Shown here piece by piece: positions 13,711-23,844 of a DNA stretch of 64,000 nt. The notes beneath the pieces are model-generated. The model did no database searches. It was not told the origin of the DNA and was given only the letters and a program-made list of their open reading frames with translations. Position numbers and translations under genes: made by a program. This DNA is from Marsupella aquatica (Eukaryota; Plantae; Marchantiophyta): NCBI GenBank assembly GCA_973895155.1, contig OZ316893.1:2130420-2194419 (forward strand). The letters are read 5' to 3'. Position 1 is the stretch's first letter. Each line of letters starts with the position of its first letter.

Positions 13711-14154
13711 TTATCGATGCCACTCAGCCCTGAGGTACTCAGGCATGTACATTAAGTCATCAAGGTCTAAACCCTGCTCATGCCATGGTGGTCTTCGATC
13801 CGTGCCTACAAGCAGTGGCAGCAGTGCCCTCCATGGTGCACATGTTGCTACCAAGTCCCTCCATTGGGTACTAATTAGTCTATATTTGCAGATATCTTGT
13901 GCGCCAGACACCACAAGAACCCTCGGCCAGACATGTGTAAGAACTATATCATCTGCCAAATCAGGCAACAAGGAACCACCTACAGCATCGTGCTTGTCTA
14001 ACTCATCTGCTGAAAAGTAAATGTCCTCTTCCGACTGTGCATCCTCATTCACCACAACATTCACAACACATCCAAGGTCTGCAGGCATTATCTCGGATGG
14101 AGCTACACTCTGTCTGGTTACCAATCCACACAAGTAAGCCCAAGCAGTAGCCAT
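13711..14154 (-). CDS. F-box-like protein carried inside the CACTA element (possibly truncated at the C-terminus)
   Basis: SLLPDLADDIVLTHVWPRVL...QDICKYRLISTQWRDLV fits the F-box pattern LPxLPDDI...R.V(C/S)xxW. First ATG at 14154. Confidence 0.6.
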   Translation of the reverse strand: MATAWAYLCGLVTRQSVAPSEIMPADLGCVVNVVVNEDAQSEEDIYFSADELDKHDAVGGSLLPDLADDIVLTHVWPRVLVVSGAQDICKYRLISTQWRDLVATCAPWRALLPLLVGTDRRPPWHEQGLDLDDLMYMPEYLRAEWHR

Positions 14155-14390
14155 GCACGATGCAACCCGTAGGAGGACCCTACATAGGGCCTGACGGTCT
14201 GGAAGAGGCAGCATACCCACCAAAGTTTTCAGCCAAACAGAGCCCAGCAAGTAGATTCACAGTCACACCCCACGCAGCAGGAAACAACAATCACTTCAAC
14301 TGCGACCAACCATGACAAGATGAGTTAGTTCAAGGATCACATTTATTACAAAATTGTGATTTATACAAAAATATGAGGGACTCCTACTCC

Positions 14391-15239
14391 TCACTCTCTC
14401 CCACCTTTGCTAAGCATACATCTCCGCTGAATCTTGGAGGGCCAGGCCTCAAAAATATCAAAGTCCCAAGCATTCTGTCGCTTCCCTCTAGCTGCTGATT
14501 CCAGAAGCCAATCAGGGGAAAGCACCCAAAGATTGTTGTTCATGATAAAATCACGCACTGTTGTCTTAAAGAATTTTCTGCATATTTTCATGTATGACAG
14601 ACCTACAACATGAGTGGAGGTTTCTGTTAGACTCTCCTCCACTGTCCCACCTAGCTCAACAACTATAGACTTGTACAGTCTGCACTTAGTCTCCCCAATT
14701 CCTTCTTCTGCAAATACCACACTGAACCCCTTCATAATGGTATTTCTCTCCTTGCCATGCTCATTCAATATAGCATCTGCACGCATAGGATGGTGTCCTA
14801 TGTTGACAACAGGTCCATATTGGACAGAAGCAAAGTTGGGTTTCTCTGCCGCTGCTTCATAGGCTTCCTTTTCAGCCAAAGCCTCTGCAGTGGCCTCCTC
14901 ACTCTCCCACAACTCATATTGCTCAGTACTCTGTACACACCTATGTTTAACAGAATTGGTCAGCCAAGAGACTTCAACTACTTTTAGACCTTGGTTGGTA
15001 ATGGCAGAATCAATGAAGGACCATGACCACTTGTTCATCACATCCAGCCATGTCCCCGCAACAACATGTGTAGTCTGTGGAGTGATGTCCTTGACTTCAG
15101 TTCCATGGAACTCTGAGAATCGTTTTTGTACGATTGGCCAACTCACTTGGGTGAACCCATAGTGGCCAGGAATCAAAATGGCTTTGATTCCAGCCAACAG
15201 AGGCGGGTGGTCAACCTTTGTACGTTTCCTAGAGGCCAT
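14391..15239 (-). CDS. Tandem-BRCT protein carried inside the CACTA element (BRCTs resemble plant DNA polymerase lambda BRCT)
   Basis: Uninterrupted 282-codon ORF. It has two BRCT signatures: ...FHGTEVKDITPQTTHVVAG...LKVVEVSWLTNSV...EQYEL and ...ELGGTVEESLTETSTHVVG...WVLSPDWLLESAARGKRQNAWDFDI. It starts with basic RKRTK, and AATAAA lies downstream on the minus strand at 14342-14347. Confidence 0.8.
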   Translation of the reverse strand: MASRKRTKVDHPPLLAGIKAILIPGHYGFTQVSWPIVQKRFSEFHGTEVKDITPQTTHVVAGTWLDVMNKWSWSFIDSAITNQGLKVVEVSWLTNSVKHRCVQSTEQYELWESEEATAEALAEKEAYEAAAEKPNFASVQYGPVVNIGHHPMRADAILNEHGKERNTIMKGFSVVFAEEGIGETKCRLYKSIVVELGGTVEESLTETSTHVVGLSYMKICRKFFKTTVRDFIMNNNLWVLSPDWLLESAARGKRQNAWDFDIFEAWPSKIQRRCMLSKGGRE

Positions 15240-15837
15240 GTACACACGGGCCACCTAATCACTGCAGACCGGAAGATAATGCGTTCACCTGATAATCGGA
15301 GGGCCCTTAAAATGCTGCGTTTATAACTTGGTCCAGTCCAGTCGTCTGGTGAGTCTCTGCTCCGATTCCAAACGGGAGAAATATTGGGACAAACGTACTA
15401 GACACCTGCAAGCATGCACCTCATAGTTTGAATATGTGCCTTCACAATATTGAAGGTGACAAGTGCAATTGTTTTGTGATGCCACATACAGATGTTGTAA
15501 ATGGGCAGACATTCAATGAGAATACAAAATGTTGGTACACTTTAAGGGAATTCTCGCAAATTAAATAGCCTTGTAACTTATATGCTCATAATGAGAAGTC
15601 CTGATTTAATTTAAGCAGTGTCATGTAAGTCGTGATCAAAATGATTGCAGAGTTAAAAAAGTTCCTAGAAGGCTTAAGGGGAGTTTTTGAAGGCATGTAC
15701 CCAGGAACAAGTAATGAACTTAGGGTACTTGTTGCCTAAGCATCCTCTCCTACAGAGGTCCTTCTTCTCAAAATTGGAATGTCTGCAATCTCCAAGGTAT
15801 CCACATCAGGTGCACTATGCATGTACATTATTCAGGT

Positions 15838-16517
15838 TCAAAGCCAAGAAATGTGATCTCTCATGGGAGTGTGCAAAGTAGGATCTATGGCATGGCGATG
15901 ACAATAGAAGATCCATCGATCAACACCATGTGCAGAGTGATCATAGATGTGTCTGTCACAAGCATACCTTCTGCTTGACGCTCCTTCAAACAATGAAAGT
16001 GCCACATGGTGGGACACCTAACACAGTGGACTATGTCCACCCAGAAATCTTCATCGTGCTGACCACATGCCTTGCACTTATGAAGTGGGCAAGCTGTGGC
16101 AAGATCGGGCAAACATGAAAAACAAAAGAACCTCACACAATATCTGCCAGGGCATTTCCTAACAAGTGGTGGAGCATCAACAAAGCCCTCATAAGACCCC
16201 AACTTCCCACACTGTGCACACTTAGCCTGCTTCTCCAAACAATCAGTGCACATCCAGCCTCCCTGGTGTGCTGACGGGAGGCCCACCCCTGGACAGTTGT
16301 TTTCTGCAGCAAGGTCAGACTCCGGGTTGAGGTGGAAATGCCTCATGCAAGGGCCCTCACATATGGCTAAGCCACCACCATCGTCACAAATGGCACAACA
16401 ATGAGCTGCCTTTTGGAAAATCTGACTTGCGGAGAAGTTACTACCATCTGGCCCAACTACACCTGTGTTGCTCACCTCTGTCCCCCGCTTCTTGGCTCGG
16501 ATTTTAGGGCGTGCCAT
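15838..16517 (-). pseudogene. EDM2/NSD-type composite PHD-finger protein carried inside the CACTA element (one frameshift near 15955-15990)
   Basis: CAICDDGGGLAICEGPCMRHFH...WMCTDC...CAQCGKLGS...C...C..CPLHKCKACG...CVRCPTMWHFHCL. In the shifted frame it continues RHIYD...DRWIFYCHRHAIDPTLHTPMRDHISWL*, which parallels the EDM2 segment after the PHDs (recalled as RVLIYCQEHEIDEELLTPVRDHVKF). Confidence 0.85.
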
Positions 16518-17186
16518 GCCTACGCATGAGACAGATAGTACAATTTAGCAGAGTGCACAGACAATACAATTTAGTGTAGTGTACAAAAAGTACAGTGTAG
16601 CATATAGACTAGAGTGGCAATTGCTACTGCAATGAAATGTTCACACACATGTGCAGAGTAGACATACTTTTTGGTTTGTTGAGCCCACACTAAAAACTGA
16701 TCCCCTCGTACAATAGCTCCACCTACACCTCAATTTTGTGGCTATGATTCACCAAAGGAGATCTGCAACAAGATTTAATGCATTTGAATCACATATAACA
16801 GTCGTGACATGTAAAACAGGCATTTTTTGAACAGGATTGGTATCAAGCACTGTGATCAGGGTTGTAATTTATACATCCTAAATAGGCTATGATAGTGAAT
16901 GAGACAAATAAGTTAGGCAGAAATCACTTTTTCCAGGTTATCACATGGCCCATTAATTCCAGTCTTTGAAAGGAGACTTTTAAGTGAGCTTGCTAGCCTC
17001 TTAAATTAGGATATTGTACTTAGTGCAACCATAATAGGATAAGTTATGTACTGTTGACCCTAAACCCTGGACCCAAAATTGGTCATAATTCAAAATCTTA
17101 AGTAAATATCCTCTCTGTTCAAGTCAAAGTGTTAAGTTATAGGTCAATGGTCTCTGGTTTGTGCATGCGGTGTGACAAGTGGTCCT

Positions 17187-17636
17187 CTAGAGCGTGTGAT
17201 CCAAACATGTGTAGACACCAAAGTGACCGGTGGTGGGGTCTGGGAGGGCAGGACAAGTGACATCGCCAAGCACACTGCAGGATGGCGAGTGGTTCCAGAT
17301 GATACATTGTGCTCTGTGAAAAAACCGACATCCAAGAGAACGGTCATCCAACTCTAGGCCAGAAGCCCTACAGGCAGGACAGTCATATTGGCAACTGTGC
17401 ACACACCCTTGGGCCCTAATTTGTGGCGGGTCATGTACTAGAGACATAAATACCAAGGATGTTGGGAAGGGTGGAGAAGCAGGTACAGGCCGGCTGTAGT
17501 TGTTCCTGGCAACAACTGGGTACTCAAAGTACCATGCAGACTGGGTTGGAAGGATCCCAAGTCTGACATACTCAAGGCGCAACATCTCTGCCTTGCGTGC
17601 AAGCCGCACATGTTCAGCGTTGCGGGTCCTCACCAT
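17187..17636 (-). CDS. Orphan Cys/His-rich 149-aa ORF inside the CACTA element
   Basis: ATG-initiated and co-oriented with the other element genes. Basic N-terminus and a CxxxCxxxCxxC...C..H...C...H...C cluster. No family recognised. Confidence 0.35.
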   Translation of the reverse strand: MVRTRNAEHVRLARKAEMLRLEYVRLGILPTQSAWYFEYPVVARNNYSRPVPASPPFPTSLVFMSLVHDPPQIRAQGCVHSCQYDCPACRASGLELDDRSLGCRFFHRAQCIIWNHSPSCSVLGDVTCPALPDPTTGHFGVYTCLDHTL

Positions 17637-17899
17637 AAGTGTTGCTTTTGTGGAGATGTCGTGTGTTCACGTCCTCTGATAAGCACCTTCGATCAGCAAG
17701 GTGAGCAGGAGCTGTACTTGCCTCACCAACAACAACCAACCTTAAATTATCAGTTCCCACTCACTGTGTCATTCCATTGGTTCCAGCTAGGGGTCACAGT
17801 GTAAACATAGCATGAAACACTCCTAACCAACTTGCTTACAAACTACAATATCCAGAAAGAGTGAAAGTCTCACCCTCCAGTGAGCAGCAGAGAGGTAGT

Positions 17900-18286
17900 T
17901 CAGTAGATGTGTTGATGTGCAGTTAAACCTCCACTATTGCTTACTTCTGGTGTATGCTGCTCAGAAGAAGACATATTAGTAGCAGCAAATTGCAAATAAT
18001 GGCCATAAGCAAACCGTGAGAGTTTGCAGAATGCTACGACAAATCCATCACAGCAGTGCTCCACAGGAATGAAACCAAGCAAAATTTGGTGACCTCGGCC
18101 AATGACAAGGCCAATGTAGTGAACAATCCTTGACCGATCAGGATATGGATTGGAATTACAATTAGTCAGCTCTTCTTCTTTGTTTTCTAACTCTGGGGGA
18201 AATGAGCATGACCAGGGAATTCTCTGAGAAATAGAAGTGCACAGGGAAAATGAAATTGGCTCATTCAGCTGCGCAAGACCGGCCAT
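17900..18286 (-). CDS. Hypothetical ORF inside the CACTA element
   Basis: Open frame 17900-18433 with an internal ATG at 18286, on the same strand as the cassette. No recognisable domain. Confidence 0.2.
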   Translation of the reverse strand: MAGLAQLNEPISFSLCTSISQRIPWSCSFPPELENKEEELTNCNSNPYPDRSRIVHYIGLVIGRGHQILLGFIPVEHCCDGFVVAFCKLSRFAYGHYLQFAATNMSSSEQHTPEVSNSGGLTAHQHIY

Positions 18287-20812
18287 TGCAGCATACTTGG
18301 ACAGTTGTTCCGCAATACATAAAATACCCTGACTTACATGCAATCGATACAATCTGCTTCTGTTGGCTGTCCTACAGCTCACGGCAGTGTCGTTGGGATA
18401 GGGTAAGTGAATATTGCCATAGCTAAAGCACATTGAGCTTGCAGCAAGAAGTGAAGGAGGATGGCCAAAAGCAGAAAAGACAGACAGGTTTTACAAGAAG
18501 AAACTAACAACCGCCAATCTGCTCAAATCCGCTGCATAGATCAAACCCTCCAAACTACACAGCCCTCCTTTGAAAACAATCCAATGTGCTTTGGCTGGTG
18601 GATGACAAGGACTGGGAGAAGAGGAAACGTCTACACAATCAATCCAAATGACGGGACACAGAGACCAGGCACAGAGAGGATTTGTGCTTAGACAAAAACC
18701 ACAAATTGTAGCATGGGCGCCATAGCATTGGGCGGCAATGGGAAGAATTACATCAAATGAGTGGACAGAGAATGAACAATCCGGTTATAGGCAAACAGCG
18801 ACTGATGCCCTGATGCAATGAAACACGCATTGACATAGCGGAGGGACATAAAAACTACATAAGCCAACTTACTGACCTTTTAAAGCCCACAATTTCAAGG
18901 GGAGGGACAAAGATAGCAGTAACAGACGCAGAGACAAAGCTGTACTCTGTCAATTGAATAGGCAAGTGGGTGGGTGAAGATCAACAACCAATGTAGCAGC
19001 GCAACCAGAGTAGCAACAAAGAAGCAGGTTGCCCTCAGTCTCCTATTTTTCAAGCAGCTTGTGCTCGTGGTCAATCTCCTATTCTGCAAGCAGCTCACGC
19101 TCGTCCCTCTTGTTCTGCAAGCAGGTCATTCTTGTCGGCGATGGTGCAAGCTGTCCTCCTAAACTCTAACACTCAAAATGAAAAGACCAAGCACCTCCAA
19201 TCTGTTTGATCCCTTCCGCAAGCAGCCGAGCGGCAGACGATAATGTAGGGATCAAGAACCAAGTGCCAGGCGGACATTGCACAAAATGAGGACCGGGGGC
19301 AGAGACAAAATCTACCAAAATCTACCAAAATCTACTTCTTGGGGTCCAGCCCACGGATGGACATCATGCAAGGTGGTCAAAAATGGTAAGTGCAATTGTT
19401 GGAGAGCTGTACTCGCGATTACTAACGGTGCATCCACAAAACGCGTCATCAAGTTGTCAGTGCGGCCACAACAATTTTGATAGTCTCAGGATCACAGGTC
19501 CACAAACAAGTTGCAAATGAAGACACACAACATCCAGGAGGGAAAGTCCGCAACACTAACCCTTTGTAAAGCCCCCGAGCTTACCTTCTAGCTGCCGACG
19601 CAAAGAGAAAACCTACTCGGACACTCAAGCAACCCTAAACTCAAAGTCTCACCTTAGCGCAACAACTCCTGGATTGGATTCAGCTAGCTCAGGCTGAATC
19701 CCACAAAAGGACAGAGGACAACATCGAAAAGCAATGTAGCCATGATGTCTTACCAGCAACGGGATCTTTAAACTTAAGGCGGTGCACTCGGCTTAAATGG
19801 CAGCAGGTAAAGGTATTTTCTTCAACAACTATAGTGGTAATGTTACCCGTGCTTTCGTTCTCTGCCGTGGTGCTGCAACAACTCCCTCCGTAGCCCAAGC
19901 CTAAGGTGCAAATCACCAGCTCGCTGCTCTTGCTACTTGCTAGTGCCCTTCACTGAAACGCAAAACAACACAAAGACGTAAGATGACTGACCGGAAGACA
20001 ATCCCGACAACCTCATATGACAGACTGCTTTTCTAGTGTGAAGAAATACATGATTACAAGCAACACCACGCCTCATCCAAGCAGGGATGTACATGAATAC
20101 AACAACAAAAATTTGCATACAACGATGGCCCGGTCACTTGAGGCTTTCGAGCCCTCACAATGTCAGATGGTACTAGGATCTACAAGGGATGCTAAATGGC
20201 TTCTCTCAAATCATGGAGTCTTGAATAACTCATATCCAGCGACAAACAAACTCAACAAATTCTGAATTCCTACCGAATCCAATCAGAATCGGCAATTTCA
20301 GCAGCTTCGACTGCCAAGACAAATCATAATGAATTTCATTGTGTTGGGGTTTTCCATAACTCTTCAGCCATAGGGAGAATGTGCTGAACCTAATGTACCA
20401 TTCAATCAGGCAAGCTGTATGCTATGGAGGTATGACATTGCTCAAAATAGGATGGACCAGAGGAGATGTAGCTACTACGCAGTCAACTGAGAACAGAGCG
20501 GAGCGGATCTGCTTGAGCTCTGCTACTTGTTGTTTGGTTTTTGGGCATGAGTGTAAGGAGTGGGTGCGCAAGCTAGGGCCTATAGTAACCTTCAGCCTGT
20601 AGAGGCAATGAAAGTATTCAACAGACAACCCAACAAAACAATGTGGAACTAAAGTTGCTGGAAAAGGGATGAAAGAAGCACACTTTCAGCTGCATGGCCG
20701 GGACTAACCTTTGGTTGATGACACTGATAACCAATGGCAGCACTGTCAACTGCTTCCTCCTAACAAACAACCGGCTCCCGATTTTGCAACTGCTCTTTAA
20801 GCTCCACGACCT

Positions 20813-21060
20813 CCTTCACAACTCCAATGTCCACCTTCCGCAGCAGCAATGATTGCCTCCCTGCTCAGCCTCCTTTCAATGCCTCCGCAAGCTTTAAGGA
20901 CCCACTACAGTCCACCTTCCGCAGTGGTCGCCTTCCACAGCGCCTTCACAACTCCAATGTCCACCTTCCACAGCAACAAACGATTGCCGCCCTGCTCACG
21001 CCTCCTTTGAATGCCTCCGCGACCTTAAGGACCCACTACAGTTAAACTTCCGCAACAATC
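20813..21060. repeat. ~130-bp tandem duplication within the CACTA element
   Basis: CCTTCACAACTCCAATGTCCACCTTCC...TAAGGACCCACTACAGT occurs at ~20813 and ~20942. Confidence 0.8.
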
Positions 21061-21849
21061 ACCTCACCTTACAATAGACCTTGGCACCGCAACACCTTCC
21101 CAGATCACAGCTCCTCCCCTCAGCTAAACCCTCAGCGCCTCAGTCCCCAGATCATAGCTCCTCCCGAACTGCAACTCACTGAAAACCTAAGCACTAAGGA
21201 GTGCCCTCGACATTGTTGCCGTTGCGCTGCACATTGCCCTGCCGCACGACATTTCTCATAAGGAATGGAATGACCTAAGCACTTAGGACTACCCTGGACA
21301 TTGCCATTGCGCTCCACATTGCCTTGTTGCACGTCGTTTCTTGGTAGAAATGGAGAAATCTAGACCTCCGACACAATCTACAAATCCTTTTGCAAGCAAC
21401 TGGCCCTCTCCTCAACAGCTCGCGATGGTAGCACAACCTTCTTGAAACAAATGGCAACACAAAGTCGCTCTGGGTGCAGCCACAACACATCGGCAGTGCG
21501 GGTCAGGAGAATTGTGCAACAATGAGAGGCCCTTCTCTCAAAAATCCCCGAAGAATGAAGCCCTCACAACTAGCTCCGATCGAAGGTTGCAGCAGCCACA
21601 ACCTTCTTAGCCCTACAGCCAAAACCTAAATCCAACGTAAAACCCCGAACCTTGGACCCCTCACGTTTTGCGTCCAAATGACAATGGCCCAAACACTCCA
21701 AAGTCACTCCCAAAGACCAGTTTAGTGCCTCTTTACTAGATTAGAGGACTTAAGTCATTAAGGGGAGCCACTCAACCTTACCGTTTGAGTGAGCCGTTGA
21801 GTGTCACCCAAAGTGAGACACCACTACATTGAAGTGTTATTGCATGGCC

Positions 21850-22150
21850 ATCTTGGGTATTTCAGCAAATTTTTCTTGGCTTGGAAAAGTTCAATAAAGC
21901 CGGATGTTGGTGAAGTAGAGCCGGCTGTGAATTGAAAATCATGCTAGCCCAAAAATCTTGGGTATGCGTGCACCCGGTTCTTGGCTTGGCAAACTTGAAT
22001 AGAATGGGATGTTGGTGACCCCCACCCCCTTGAGACCTAACCGGCCCACCCTTGACATATAAACCCTACTAAACCCCCTTTAGTGGTGACCACCCACACC
22101 CTTCACATATAACCGGCCCACCCTTGACACGTAAACCCCCCCTAAACCCA
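21850..22150. repeat. Subterminal direct repeats of the CACTA element
   Basis: TCTTGGGTAT...TTCTTGGCTTGG...GGATGTTGGTGA twice, and AACCGGCCCACCCTTGACA...AAACCC twice. Confidence 0.7.
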
Positions 22151-22453
22151 CTATGGAGTATATGAGACATTAGGGCATTTAGACATGTAGTGAGTTTGTA
22201 CGTGTTCAATATAGCGGACGTAAACCCCCCATATGCCCATTATCAAATTGAGGCCCACAACTAAACCCTACAACACTCATGTGCGAGAGTGTTCACCCTT
22301 TCACAAAGTAGGGTACGTGGAAACTTTTCATAGTCTTATCCTAAACCAAAAAGCACTCACAGTCTTTTGTAGTGTTCATGTGAACCGGTGCAATGGTTCC
22401 GAGTCATTTGAAGTTGTAAAAAAGGACTTAGTGGCCTTAGTCCTATAAGGTTT

Positions 22454-22482
22454 GGTCTAAATTGCCCCGGTTTCTACTAGTG
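22454..22482 (-). repeat. Right TIR of CACTA element
   Basis: Reverse complement reads CACTAGTAGAAACCGGGGCAATTTAGACC. Confidence 0.95.
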
Positions 22483-22552
22483 ATTGCTCTGTCTCACAAA
22501 CTAACTAAGAGCATTGTTAGAAGCACTTTCAATGCATTCGCAATTTTGTAAG

Positions 22553-22897
22553 TGTTAGGATTTACTTTTAGGTCTGGAGTTACGAATGTACCGCAGTTAG
22601 GACTAACCTTAATAACATATTAGGTTAGGTTAGTCATGTTGTGCACACACTATACCCAAGCGGTGTTTTCTTGGATAGTAGGAACATGGGCTCATTGTTA
22701 CAAAGCCAGTTGAGAGATAGGGGGAGTTTGTGTTGTGAATGCTTGGTATGGCCGGTCGGCCTAGAGTGCAGAAAGCTCTTGTGTGTTCCCGTGGACATAG
22801 TCTCATGTGGAGGTGAACCACATATCTCTCTGTGTCAACTTTTGTGCATTGGATGGTTCATGGGCTTGTCATTTGTGATTATCGTCTATGCTCAACA
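22553..22897. mobile_element. Probable solo LTR (345 bp)
   Basis: TGTTAGG...CTCAACA termini. Flanks GTAAG/ATAAG are a 5-bp TSD with 1 mismatch. Homologous sequence occurs inverted at ~53633-54248 and ~40920-41150. Confidence 0.6.
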
Positions 22898-23844
22898 ATA
22901 AGGGCTTTATCCCTGGTTGAGGCTTGTAGAAGATTGCAACCTAGTTAATTGATCCTATCATGTCATCTTCAGTAGTGAGCAGGCCACCCACCAAGCGCTC
23001 CTCTAGTTATAGTTGGTGCAGGATCGGGAAGCCCTATAGCCTCAACAATCGCATTATAGGCCTTAGCGCCATTGATATAGTAGCATTTCACCCATGTCAA
23101 TGACTACATGGAATTTATGTTATTGAGACTTGAAGCTACTGGTTGGAGAAGACTAATAAAGGTTGTATTCCATCGGCGTCAAGCAAGTCGATGGGTTTTG
23201 CCTGTTCCCTCCAAAAGCTTTGGTAGCTCGTGGCCATTGTCAGGGTAACCCTTGACTTTGACTCAGGAGTCAATGGGCCGCATGGCCTTCCACTCTACTT
23301 TCCTTGCCCTCAGCAAGCTAATCGCGAACAGCCTGTTGCTAGTCACTGCACCCCTTGTGAATTGAATGCTATGTGTGCATTCAACTGGTCTTACTCCACT
23401 TGAAGCTTGTAGCGGTAGCACCAGATTCGTGCAAAATATTACATGTAGCCAGACAGTGGATCGTCTGCTGAAAAGTAGGGGGCACAACATGACTTCCTGG
23501 GATGAAGGTCTCATCTCTACCACAACTTCCACAACTGAGTCCAAGCCAGCTTTCGAGGACACAGAACTCCTCCCGCTTCCCACATTCATGACTCGTATCA
23601 AATCCACCGACAGCACTGCTAGCATCTAGTGGTGTATATAGAGCACAAATGTTTCAAATAAAGGAAAGACGAGTGTGGATGAACTCATCCAAGTGAACCA
23701 ATTTGTTAAAAGTAGTGAATACACTTCCAATCTTGAAAGCTCCCAATAAATTGTGGATGTGTTGCCCTGGAATGCACCACTTACAACATCTTTTAGGCAC
23801 AAATTCAATCCCCGTGTGTTGCAAAGGACTGTGTAGACATGTCG

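Larger units (their letters stand above)
5481..22482 (-). mobile_element. CACTA (En/Spm) DNA transposon, full length, 17,002 bp
   Basis: Starts CACTAGTAGAAACCGGGG at 5481 and ends CCCCGGTTTCTACTAGTG at 22482 (18-bp perfect TIR, imperfect to ~30 bp). The 3-bp TSD ATT is at 5478-5480 and 22483-22485. There are subterminal GACT/AGTC-type repeats and an internal TnpD transposase. Confidence 0.96.

Noticed and set aside
23366-23629. Integrase-like VHSTGLTPLE motif
   Set aside because: An isolated short match with no supporting retroelement motifs around it.
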